A stretch of 52,921 nucleotides of DNA, taken from the IMG/VR virus record IMGVR_UViG_3300010263_000121, one strand, 5' to 3'. This DNA is from a virus. Made by a program: the position numbers and the translations under genes. Below, in pieces: positions 25,560-34,047 of the stretch. The notes below the pieces were generated by a model, which was given only the letters and a program-made list of their open reading frames with translations, was not told the origin of the DNA and ran no database searches. The first letter of the stretch is position 1; each line of letters opens with the position of its first letter.

Positions 25560-26348
25560 CTAAGCTACCTCTCTTCTTGATTCCTGTCCCCGGAAGTGGG
25601 TAATCCGTCCGGCAATAAACTCGATAGCACCTTTGACGAGAGAATCCATCTCGTCTCCCTTGTTATGTAAGGCGAACTCCACGGCCACAAGCCTCCAGGG
25701 ATTGGTCCTCTTGTACCTCTGATCGTCGAAGGTTACTTTGAGCTTCCGAGGGGATTCTGCCCTGTTTACGATCATCTGGGTGAAGACGATCCAGTTGACG
25801 ATCTTCTTCGCATTAAGTGTCCCCGAGTGCTGGCGGAACTCAACCGTTCCGTGGCGGCTCCAGCTCATAATATTCACCTTAAAGTACCTTGAATTCCAGA
25901 AATCCATGAGGCCCTCAATGGTGGTGATTCTCTCGAACTGATCAAGCCTTCTTTCTAGCACGGAGCGGTTGCTCATACAGTAAGGGTTCCCAGACCCCCT
26001 CCGGCTCTTAGGAAGCGACTCGTCGATTGTAAGCTCCATCCTGGCATAGAGGCGGTAAACGTTCTTCCATTCATTTACCGTCCATGTCCCGGCATCGTGG
26101 TGGACATGAAGCCCACAGGTTTCATCAACCGTAGCCCCATTCTCCTTCAGGATTTTAACGGCCTTCTCGATAAGCTCAAGGCCCTGGATACCCTTCAGAG
26201 GAGGGCTCACAAGCTCCCATCCGCAGCGGTGCTTCGTGTTCCTCACGGAAGCATCGTAGACGATCTTCCAGGTGGACCTGCGCTGGTGGTTATACCCTTC
26301 ATAGGCCGTTACGAGGCCCGCATCGGTAAGTTTCCTTGCGAGCATCAT
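25560..26348 (-). CDS. Putative amidoligase (Amidoligase_2, glutamine-synthetase-like fold)
   Basis: GWELVSPPLKG ... ETCGLHVHHD matches the E-x-VSP and CGxHVH signatures of the phage/plasmid amidoligase family. Confidence 0.7.
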   Translation of the reverse strand: MMLARKLTDAGLVTAYEGYNHQRRSTWKIVYDASVRNTKHRCGWELVSPPLKGIQGLELIEKAVKILKENGATVDETCGLHVHHDAGTWTVNEWKNVYRLYARMELTIDESLPKSRRGSGNPYCMSNRSVLERRLDQFERITTIEGLMDFWNSRYFKVNIMSWSRHGTVEFRQHSGTLNAKKIVNWIVFTQMIVNRAESPRKLKVTFDDQRYKRTNPWRLVAVEFALHNKGDEMDSLVKGAIEFIAGRITHFRGQESRREVA

Positions 26349-26427
26349 GATGTCTCGTTCGCTTAGGTTCGAGAACTCAATCTCTACCCCGAAAAGTCTG
26401 GGAAGTCAACACTTTTCCGGACATTCC

Positions 26428-27306
26428 TTAAGCGACACCAACTAAAGATAGCTCTTGGTACTGGTTCAACCATTCTAACGGGCTAAGATAACCTAAGCGT
26501 TTTTGGACGCGGCGAGTGTTGTAAAAACCCTCGATGTACGCAAATATCGCTTGCCTGGCTTCTGCTCGAGTCTGGAAGTGGCGCCAGTGGACGGCTTCTT
26601 TCTTCAGATTTGCGAAGAAACTCTCACTCCAGGGGTTGTCCCCAGGTTTGCCGACTCTGGAAAAGCTTTGCTGGATTCCGTGCTTCTGGAGCAGTTTGGC
26701 GACAGACTCCGCTGTAAATTGGCTTCCACGGTCACTATGATGGATACAGCCGGCCAACAGCGGCCAGCGATGAAAGGCTTTTGTGAGAGTCCGTTCAACT
26801 AGATCTACCTTCATGTTGTCAGCCATTGTGTGGGCGAGAACAAGACCCGTTACCACGTCTTTGACCGTGCAGAGATACTCAAAGCCCTCAGCAGTCCGTA
26901 TGTAGCTAATATCACTGCTGATAACCTGGAATGGCTTGGTGATATCTAGATTTTGAACTAGATTTGGATACCCCGGCCCCCGAGCTTTCCGGCTATCGGT
27001 TAGAGAGCGCTGTCGGCGCCGGCGGTGTAGTGATACAAGACCCAACTCATCCATCATCTTCTTTACACGCTTGTAGGATGCGGTGTAGCCTTCTTTTCTT
27101 AGGCATCCGCAGATGCGGTCCACACCGTAGGTCTTGCCGCTTTTATCGAAAATCCTTTTGATGGCTTCGGTATACTTCTCTTGCCGCTCATCCCGTTCAT
27201 CCTTATTGGCCAACCAGTCATAATACGCACTGGTCGACACATCGAGACAGGCGGCCCACTTTGTCACAGGATACTCGGGATGAGTACGAATGAGTTCATA
27301 CTTCAC
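26428..27306 (-). CDS. IS3-family transposase OrfB (DDE/rve integrase core)
   Basis: HSDRGSQFT and the rest of the rve-domain pattern. It lies in the -1 frame relative to OrfA. Confidence 0.9.
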   Translation of the reverse strand: MKYELIRTHPEYPVTKWAACLDVSTSAYYDWLANKDERDERQEKYTEAIKRIFDKSGKTYGVDRICGCLRKEGYTASYKRVKKMMDELGLVSLHRRRRQRSLTDSRKARGPGYPNLVQNLDITKPFQVISSDISYIRTAEGFEYLCTVKDVVTGLVLAHTMADNMKVDLVERTLTKAFHRWPLLAGCIHHSDRGSQFTAESVAKLLQKHGIQQSFSRVGKPGDNPWSESFFANLKKEAVHWRHFQTRAEARQAIFAYIEGFYNTRRVQKRLGYLSPLEWLNQYQELSLVGVA

Positions 27307-27584
27307 TTCAGATTTTTCGCAAAGTAGGCCGCGGCTTTTTTTAGCATTTCGTTCTCCATCTTCAATTCAGCGAGTTCTAGCTGCAGCTTTCGAAGCTGGT
27401 CCTGTTGCTCAGCTACCTTGGTCTTTTCACCGCTTTCGGTATAGATTTTCCGCCAACGATATATCATGCTGTGGTGAATACCAAGATCTGCGCAGAACTC
27501 CTTAATGGGCTTTGTAGTGACGTAACTGAGTTTGACTGCGTTCTTGCGGAACTCATCGTCATAGCGCTGTCGGATTTTGGACAT
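27303..27584 (-). CDS. IS3-family transposase OrfA (HTH)
   Basis: 93 aa, starting MSKIRQRYDDEFRKNAVKL, with a leucine-zipper-like C-terminus. An A7 slippery run (plus-strand T7 at 27336-27342) sits before the stop. I translated the -1 frame from there into OrfB and it is open (..KKSRGLLCEKSEVKYELIRT..). Confidence 0.9.
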   Translation of the reverse strand: MSKIRQRYDDEFRKNAVKLSYVTTKPIKEFCADLGIHHSMIYRWRKIYTESGEKTKVAEQQDQLRKLQLELAELKMENEMLKKAAAYFAKNLK

Positions 27585-27652
27585 GATCAGTCTCCTTTGC
27601 TCTCATAGTACTATCTTATCATCATGTCCGGAATTGTAACATAGACCCTACC

Positions 27653-28579
27653 TTGGTAGTATTCGTTGAGAAGTATTCGTCTAACACAGTCGCTGATCTC
27701 CAAAACATCTATGATGGTGCCATTGCCAAGATGGCTGTTGATGGACTCTTCCATGAAGATGATGACGGAGAACTCAAGTTGGATGAAGACATAGATCAAG
27801 ATGACATTGACGGTGTAGCCAAACTCGTAGCCGAACTTGGAATTCCAGCCCTCAAGACCGAGTTGCAAGCGAAACTTGACAAGGCACAAGGTTTTTGGGA
27901 GGATATAGTTTTGGCTGGTGTAGAAGAGACGATACGTGGGCTATTCCTGATAAAAGGTGAGGATAACGATCTAGGACCTATCCCAACCGAGGCGGATCTG
28001 GCCAAGTTGGACCACAAAAAACTGACCTTGGGTGATGAAGTTAACCTCGAAGAAGTGGAGAATGCAGAAAAAGAATTAGACAAGTACGAGGGTAGCAAAG
28101 ACGTAGCCCATCTCTATGAGTTAATTGCTCTCGCCGAGGAACTAGCATGGGTGAATAAGATTAACAATGATATTATGGATGTTGACAGTTTTGTGACGTT
28201 GGTTGTAACCGATCTGCGGATTGAAGATTACATTGCACTTACCGGTGCTCAAAGGACTGAGCTTGCTGGTCGGTTGGTCGAAGCCTGGATTGATGACGAC
28301 TTTGAAGGTTTCGAGTCCAAGGCAGAGTTCATTGAAGCAGTAGTGGCTGAAGTTGCAGATTATCTTGACCTCATTGGCGCTGTAAATGCCGCAATCCAGG
28401 CGAAAGACAAGAGGGACTTGGTTGCTGCGTTGGAAGATCTAGATGAGGATTATGCTGAGTGGAAGTTCCATAAACAGCTACCTGTGGCAGAGTCTATGAT
28501 ATCTGATGCACCCACTCCGTTTGTGCCATTCGAGACAATTAATGATATTCTTGTTGATGCCGGATTAAAGGCAATCTAA
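27653..28579 (+). CDS. Highly acidic hypothetical protein, possibly 5'-truncated by the IS3 insertion
   Basis: The ORF is open from 5 nt after the IS3 end. The first in-frame ATG (27731) has no obvious RBS. It is D/E-rich and helical, and resembles repeat modules of Firmicutes surface proteins. Confidence 0.4.
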   Translation: MVVFVEKYSSNTVADLQNIYDGAIAKMAVDGLFHEDDDGELKLDEDIDQDDIDGVAKLVAELGIPALKTELQAKLDKAQGFWEDIVLAGVEETIRGLFLIKGEDNDLGPIPTEADLAKLDHKKLTLGDEVNLEEVENAEKELDKYEGSKDVAHLYELIALAEELAWVNKINNDIMDVDSFVTLVVTDLRIEDYIALTGAQRTELAGRLVEAWIDDDFEGFESKAEFIEAVVAEVADYLDLIGAVNAAIQAKDKRDLVAALEDLDEDYAEWKFHKQLPVAESMISDAPTPFVPFETINDILVDAGLKAI

Positions 28580-28805
28580 TAGTAATTTGAACTGATGGGT
28601 AGGCCCCGCAGTAGAATACTGCGGGGCCTCTCTTGTGCGCCACGAATCTGACCATGAGAGTTCGATATTGGCTGGAAGTTGCCACTCTTTAAGCATAATG
28701 GTGTCTAACGCGAGATGGAGTCCGAAGGAAGCGCTATGGGACAACCCCCTGGCCCGAAGAATGGTCCATAAAGATGTGTCGTAGCTGATAGGAGGCAAAG
28801 CTAGA

Positions 28806-29183
28806 GTGTTTGACTTTTTCCTGTTATGCCTGATACTCTTGATACCACTTTCCTTAATCTGTATGGGTCTTCTATTTGTTAGGCGACCGCCCGAAAACAT
28901 TAATTGGCTCTTTGGTTATAGAACCCCCTTGTCCATGAAAAACAAGGACACCTGGGATTTCGCCCACCGCTATTTCGGCCGTCTAGCCACTAAAACCGGC
29001 TGGAGCATGCTGGTGGTCACTATCCCTGTGATCGCCTTGCTGTGGGGACGGAACTCAGATATCATTGGCTGGGCAAGTGCCATCGTCTGCCTGCTGCAAT
29101 GCATAATTCTCCTCGCGCTCATCTACCCCACAGAAAGGGCACTTAAAAGGACTTTCGACGCGGATGGCAAACGTAGGAATTGA
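28806..29183 (+). CDS. SdpI/YhfL-family membrane protein
   Basis: 125 aa. The segment NWLFGYRTPLSMKNKDTWDFAHRYFGR lies between hydrophobic helices, as in SdpI-family immunity proteins. Confidence 0.55.
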   Translation: MFDFFLLCLILLIPLSLICMGLLFVRRPPENINWLFGYRTPLSMKNKDTWDFAHRYFGRLATKTGWSMLVVTIPVIALLWGRNSDIIGWASAIVCLLQCIILLALIYPTERALKRTFDADGKRRN

Positions 29184-29271
29184 TGTATGTTTTCATTCGC
29201 AGGATCCTGCGACGGTTGGGCATCAGACTTCGGAGTTGTGTTAGTGTTGAGTGGGGGAGGATTGGGACTGC

Positions 29272-29832
29272 ATGAAGATCGAGACACTGAGGCACGAACA
29301 TGAAAAACACATCCACCAAGCAGCTCAGCTTCTTGTGGAGGGCTTTAAGGACAATTGGCCTGATTCCTGGCCAGATTTGCCCTCTGCTGTGGATGAGGTT
29401 AGAGAGTGTTTGGGGGCAGATAGAATCTGCCGTATTGCTGTTGATGACAGCGATAACGTTGTGGGCTGGACTGGGGCAATCAGTCACTATAAAGGTCGAG
29501 TGTGGGAGCTCCATCCCCTGGTTGTTGATATCAGATACAGAAACCAGGGAATCGGAACGCTTCTGGTCAGAGACTTGGAAGAACAGGTTCGCTTGCGCGG
29601 TGGGATTACGCTCTACGTAGGCAGCGATGATGAGAATTACATGACTTCTCTCTCCGGCGTTGACCTCTACGACAATCTTTGGACCAGAATAAGCGGGATA
29701 GAAAATTTGAAAGGCCATCCTTATGAGTTTTACCTGAAGCTGGGCTTTCAGATTATCGGCGTCATCCCCGATGCCAATGGCTTAGGCAAACCGGATATTA
29801 TCCTCGGCAAGCGGGTCATCCCGTGGGCATAG
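29272..29832 (+). CDS. GNAT acetyltransferase, AAC(6')-I-type (AAC(6')-Ii-like)
   Basis: WELHPLVV, RNQGIGTLLV, GGITLYVGSDDEN and HPYEFYLKLGFQIIGVIPDANGLGKPDIILGKRV parallel, from memory, the enterococcal AAC(6')-Ii sequence. I chose ATG 29272, with a GGGGGAGG RBS, over the track start 29251. Confidence 0.65.
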   Translation: MKIETLRHEHEKHIHQAAQLLVEGFKDNWPDSWPDLPSAVDEVRECLGADRICRIAVDDSDNVVGWTGAISHYKGRVWELHPLVVDIRYRNQGIGTLLVRDLEEQVRLRGGITLYVGSDDENYMTSLSGVDLYDNLWTRISGIENLKGHPYEFYLKLGFQIIGVIPDANGLGKPDIILGKRVIPWA

Positions 29833-29943
29833 AGCTCAAAGTCCTAAGTCACCCTTCACCGGACCCGGGAAAACTCCGGCTCGAGTAACGGAGCGGGTAA
29901 CTGCGGTGTGTTTCATTTTCGTGTGGTAAGAGGATCCTGCCCC

Positions 29944-30198
29944 CTATTCATCTTGTGAAGTAGGGGACAGGATAAATTGGTGGCCGCACTCGGTGCAGGT
30001 GAGCTGCAGTTCTTTTTCAGGCAGATGCATATCTTCACTGCTGCCGCAGTTGGGGCATACAACCTGCGTGGGGGGCAGCGGTTTGGCGCGCAGAATGACA
30101 GCAGTGAACTGCTTCCCGCAGTCACAGGTAATCAAGTAACGACCGTGGAGATCCAGCTGTTCTCTTTTCCCGCAGCCCGGGCAGGTGAGAAGGGCCAT
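29944..30198 (-). CDS. Zinc-ribbon protein with four CxxC pairs
   Basis: CPGCG, CDCG, CPNCG and CTECG in 84 aa. RBS GAAAGGGGA. Confidence 0.55.
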   Translation of the reverse strand: MALLTCPGCGKREQLDLHGRYLITCDCGKQFTAVILRAKPLPPTQVVCPNCGSSEDMHLPEKELQLTCTECGHQFILSPTSQDE

Positions 30199-30212
30199 GA
30201 TAATTCCCCTTT

Positions 30213-30359
30213 CTAAAGCTCAGCAGAAAGTACCAGCAGTGCTAATATGAACAGCAGTAATAAGGCCGCTAGAAGGATAAATGGAAGGGGCTGCACTGGT
30301 GGCTGGATCTGTCCTATTTGAACATAATTACCCCTATTCACCGCTTGAGCAGTAAGCAT
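30213..30359 (-). CDS. Small tail-anchored membrane protein
   Basis: I place the start at the internal Met (MLTAQAVNRG...), which has a GGAAAGGGGA RBS. The C-terminal hydrophobic helix is LPFILLAALLLLFILALLVL. Confidence 0.4.
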   Translation of the reverse strand: MLTAQAVNRGNYVQIGQIQPPVQPLPFILLAALLLLFILALLVLSAEL

Positions 30360-30422
30360 TTTGATCCCCTTTCCATAGGAACTTAGGTAAAGGTGGTTGA
30401 CGGGGTCAACCACCTTTTTGGT

Positions 30423-30875
30423 TTAAGCCTCGACCGCGACAAACACTAGGTCAAAGTCGATGCTCATCCCTTGGATCAGGTCAGTAGCATTTGCATCCGG
30501 GAGACTTAACTCAAATTCCACATCCTCATCGGTAGCGGTTGCTAGGCTCCGACCGGCAGGTGGCTGCTGGATCAGACCTGCTAGACTGCCGGTGTAAAGT
30601 ACTGCTGGAGTGCCAGTAGGATCCGCTGTTACCGTGATCTCCAGCCTTTCAGCTAGCAAGCGGGCATCCTGAGGATTTGCACCTGACCAGTCAGCAGAAA
30701 CAAAATAAACTACGTCAACCGGACTGGTGTTTTCCACATTAATGTTTTGGGTGTCGGTGGAACCGCCAACCCAGTTGGTTTCGGTAAAAATCGCCGTAAT
30801 CGGATCCAATACTAAGTCAACCTGGGCAATTCCCACACTGTTGTTCTCATTCAACTGCTGAACAGTAAAAGGCAT
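30423..30875 (-). CDS. TasA/camelysin-like fold protein lacking an obvious signal peptide
   Basis: ATG 30875 is preceded by AAGGAGGTG. The C-terminal ...QGMSIDFDLVFVAVEA resembles the conserved C-terminal strand of the TasA/CalY family. This is a weak call. Confidence 0.3.
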   Translation of the reverse strand: MPFTVQQLNENNSVGIAQVDLVLDPITAIFTETNWVGGSTDTQNINVENTSPVDVVYFVSADWSGANPQDARLLAERLEITVTADPTGTPAVLYTGSLAGLIQQPPAGRSLATATDEDVEFELSLPDANATDLIQGMSIDFDLVFVAVEA

Positions 30876-31135
30876 GTTCTTCACCTCCTTTGGGATCATT
30901 TTATTCGGGACAGCTGTGCTTGTTCTAGGAACTGCACTCAAATGAAACGTGGGTCCTAGGGTGTTTTCAAGACTCATTCCCGAAAAGAAGGGAAATTATT
31001 GCAGGAAGCCGAATACAGTGTAGGTTTGATTTCTCGCATTCCCCTTGAAGAGTAAGTGAAAGTGTTCACAGCCACAGGCGAACTCAAAGTTCAGCAAAAC
31101 GGATGGAAATACGAGGAGTGATCTGGTTGAAACGG

Positions 31136-31624
31136 ATGTCCCTGCGCTGGAGGGTGCTCATTCCAGTGGTGGCAGCGATTTTTCTGCTGGCGGGAGCTAT
31201 TTTCCTGGTTTCCCAATACCTGATTGTGGATCAGGCGGAAACCATGGCCCTCAACAAGGTCCGTTCGGACCTTGCTTTAATGTACGAACTCATAGACAGC
31301 AGACTGCCCGGCCCCTGGCGCGGTGAGGGAGAGGGCCTCTATAAGGGCACTGAGCTGCTCAATAATAATAAGGAACTGGTGGACTGGTTAGCAGGCCTCA
31401 CTGGAAACACGGTAACAGTGTTCCGCGGCGGAACTAGAATTGCCACCACCGTGGTTTCCCAAGGCCAGCGGGCGGTTGGAACAGAAGCGGCTCAAAACGT
31501 GATTGACCAGGTTTTAAGGGATAAGAAGCCCTACTACGGCAAGGCCGACGTGGCGGGCAATCTCTACCAGACCGCCTATCGGCCCCTGTTGGATGAACAG
31601 GGGGAGGCGGTTGGAATGCTTTAG
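31136..31624 (+). pseudogene. Truncated sensor fragment (TM helix + single Cache-like domain; no transmitter)
   Basis: MSLRWRVLIPVVAAIFLLAG, then a Cache-like periplasmic domain, ends abruptly at ...EAVGML. The second TM helix and any HAMP, kinase or MCP module are missing. Confidence 0.5.
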
Positions 31625-31661
31625 GGAAGTTAAGGCCTGGCAGGACTAGGCACAAGGAGAA

Positions 31662-31940
31662 TTGGTGCTTCTGGATCGGAAGGAGCTGTACTCCTCAGAT
31701 GGCGCTTTCGACCCGGAAAAAATGATCGTAACGCTTAAAACCATGGCCCAGAAGGCGCTGCAGGACGGTTTTTCTAAACTGGCAGTAACTGGTGAGCTGA
31801 GCTGGCTGTTGGATTATGAGGATGCGGCAGATTTGATCCTGGAGTACGAGTGGACGCTGAACGAACACGTTTTTAAAAAGTATCCCATCTCCGCCCTCTG
31901 CCGCTACAATTTGGACAGGTTTTCACCCCATCTGATTAAC
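31662..31940 (+). pseudogene. MEDS-domain gene fragment
   Basis: AVTGELSWLL...EYEWTLNEHVFKKYPISALCRYNLDRF matches the C-terminal half of MEDS domains. It has no proper N-terminus or start, and the ORF degenerates after about 31940. Confidence 0.45.
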
Positions 31941-32213
31941 ATTCCGGCCTGTTTTTTATCCATCTCATATACCCGCATCTTCATTTCCCCCTGTTGGTTT
32001 AGTTGTTGTAGTAGTATCACTACCACCTGTACTAATCATACTGCGCCAGGACCAGGAAGTCAGTAGTCCATTTCTTGCCAAAGTGGCTTGTAGTGGGGAT
32101 TTCCAGAGTTTATACAGCCGAAGAATATTATCTAAAAAATCCAACAACAAAAGGACTAAATCTGCCGGATGTAGAAAGGAGAATTAGACCTTTGACCGAG
32201 GAGGCAAATTAAG

Positions 32214-32687
32214 ATGGATATTTTCGACCTTGTTGAAGGCCCTGAGACGGCCCGCATGGTCCACTTCGTTATGGAGATAGTGAAAGACACCGAGGACATC
32301 TCCAACTTAACTCTTGAGGATTTCCCGCTGCCTATCATTCTTCCCATGCTCAAACCTGATTTCGAGTACATCTGGAAGTTCACGCATGCCGTTATGATCT
32401 CACATACCGAAGCTCTTTTCCCGACGCTGATGGAATTTGAGCTCGACAACCGCGACATGGAAAAAGTCGGCCAAGCCATTTTTCAGGAATCCTTCGAGGT
32501 CATCAAAAAACACGTTTTCACAGACTCTTCTCCATACCAAAAATACATGGGTCAGGCTCTTGCTGAATGGTCTAAAGCCCATCAAACCAAAATTAAAGCG
32601 CGGCTAGAAAAGCAAAAAGATGAAAAGGAAGGCAATCCTTCAACTGGTTTACTTCTCATCTTTGAAAAAAGACGACGTGACGACTAA
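32214..32687 (+). CDS. Hypothetical protein
   Basis: 157 aa. The ATG is preceded by a GAGGAGG RBS. No motif recognised. Confidence 0.5.
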   Translation: MDIFDLVEGPETARMVHFVMEIVKDTEDISNLTLEDFPLPIILPMLKPDFEYIWKFTHAVMISHTEALFPTLMEFELDNRDMEKVGQAIFQESFEVIKKHVFTDSSPYQKYMGQALAEWSKAHQTKIKARLEKQKDEKEGNPSTGLLLIFEKRRRDD

Positions 32688-32864
32688 AGGAATGGGTTCT
32701 TGTTCCTTTCCCGTGTCCCTGGTACACAAAAGGCGATTTCCCCGGTCTTAAGAATGTCGGAAAGGGTTCTTTTCAGCTCAGGATGCCGCAGACTTGCTGC
32801 GGGGGCCCATGAGTGTCAGTTGTTGAACAGCAAAAGATGCAAACGCGTGGGGAGGTGGAAGAGT

Positions 32865-33446
32865 GTGGAAATCCTGATTACTTCTGGCATTCCAGCGGTT
32901 GTATCAATTATAGGTTTTGTCTTAACCTATTTCCTGAACAAACGCAACTTCCAGGAAGAGGTTACAAAGCAACGACTAAACGTCCAGCTGGAAAAAACAT
33001 CCCGACTGCCTTATCACATTCAAGAATTGCTTGTGCAACTGGTTGAGGCTGGGAACTCTCAGAAACATATAGTAAAACACACAGACTCCATGAGGGACCT
33101 GCTAGCGACAGTGTTCGCCTATGGCTCGCGAGATGCTATACTTTTAGCAACGAACATGCAAGAGCAGATCTATGCGATGCAGCGCAATCCGGATTCTGTA
33201 TCCCCGTATTCACTAATTGCTTACTACATTTTGCTGCTGTGTCAGGTGAAATATGACCTGACGGGTGTTGAGATCAACCCAGAGTTCTGGTATAGAATGC
33301 GGCTTACGGACTATTCTGCACTAAAGGATGAGCTGGACAGGATCACCAATGAAATCGTTGAGAGACTCAATTTGCAGCCGTTTCTGAGGATTGGACAACT
33401 AGAAAAAGGTGTCTGGCTCACCTCTCTAGTGGCAAGATCTCGGTGA
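32865..33446 (+). CDS. Hypothetical protein with an N-terminal TM anchor
   Basis: GTG 32865 has GGAGGTGG 6 nt upstream. The N-terminal helix is ILITSGIPAVVSIIGFVLTYFL. The track ORF begins at 32700, but that upstream part looks non-coding. Confidence 0.45.
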   Translation: MEILITSGIPAVVSIIGFVLTYFLNKRNFQEEVTKQRLNVQLEKTSRLPYHIQELLVQLVEAGNSQKHIVKHTDSMRDLLATVFAYGSRDAILLATNMQEQIYAMQRNPDSVSPYSLIAYYILLLCQVKYDLTGVEINPEFWYRMRLTDYSALKDELDRITNEIVERLNLQPFLRIGQLEKGVWLTSLVARSR

Positions 33447-33583
33447 TAGATGCGCTGAACGACGGAGTTTAGTGGGTCAATCTCTTTGACGCCGGGGAAT
33501 CCCGCTTGGCCAATGTCTTTTGATGATCCTTGCTCGTTGTACACTCAAAGCCTACGACAGTCTGAAGGCCGGTTCACCCGGCC

Positions 33584-34027
33584 TTATCCTTTTCTCTCTG
33601 GCGCTCCATTCACGCCAGCGTAAAACTTGAATCTGGAATCCCAACTGACGTTAATTGCGATTCCTGGTTCTCCCCACTCTTTCGGATAATGGACGCCTGT
33701 TAAATGGTAATGAGTTGGAATTGGCATCCTTTTTCCGAATAGCTGCGTTGCGTCCTCATCGGTAAGGTGATTCACTATATATTCCGCTACAGACCAGCAG
33801 GCTAAAAGCCGCCTGTGGTCCTCTGAATAGGCTCGATTTAGGATTTCTTGCCTCTCTTCTTCCCAGCAGGTAAACTGCCCAGGACAAAGGCAGACAGATT
33901 CCCAAGAATTGCCCCACCATCCCGGCCTGAGCACCCTCTCGCGGATAACAGCCCCCACCGCCAGGCGGTCAAGCACGCCAAAGTCTCTTGCTTCACCGTA
34001 GATAGTCTTTGCCACGATTTCAACCAA
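33584..34027 (-). CDS. Cell-wall hydrolase, SleB-like (endolysin candidate)
   Basis: IYGEARD...AVGAVIRERV...PGQFTCW matches the SleB/Hydrolase_2 signature. It is the last gene of the tail operon. Confidence 0.7.
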   Translation of the reverse strand: MVEIVAKTIYGEARDFGVLDRLAVGAVIRERVLRPGWWGNSWESVCLCPGQFTCWEEERQEILNRAYSEDHRRLLACWSVAEYIVNHLTDEDATQLFGKRMPIPTHYHLTGVHYPKEWGEPGIAINVSWDSRFKFYAGVNGAPERKG

Positions 34028-34047
34028 GCCTTCTACCCCCCCTTCTA

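Larger units (their letters stand above)
26399..27648 (-). mobile_element. IS3-family insertion sequence (~1.25 kb); boundaries approximate
   Basis: OrfA and OrfB in 0/-1 frames. Imperfect ~26-bp terminal inverted repeats share the 10-bp core TTCCGGACAT (26415-26424, with its reverse complement at 27623-27632). I could not identify a clear target-site duplication. Confidence 0.8.

Noticed and set aside
33562-33582. Hairpin aaggccgg-ttcac-ccggcctt between the convergent lysin gene and the 193-aa gene, considered as a bidirectional terminator
   Set aside because: Neither side has a clean U-tract (the plus side is only atcctttt). It may still attenuate transcription, but it does not meet intrinsic-terminator criteria.
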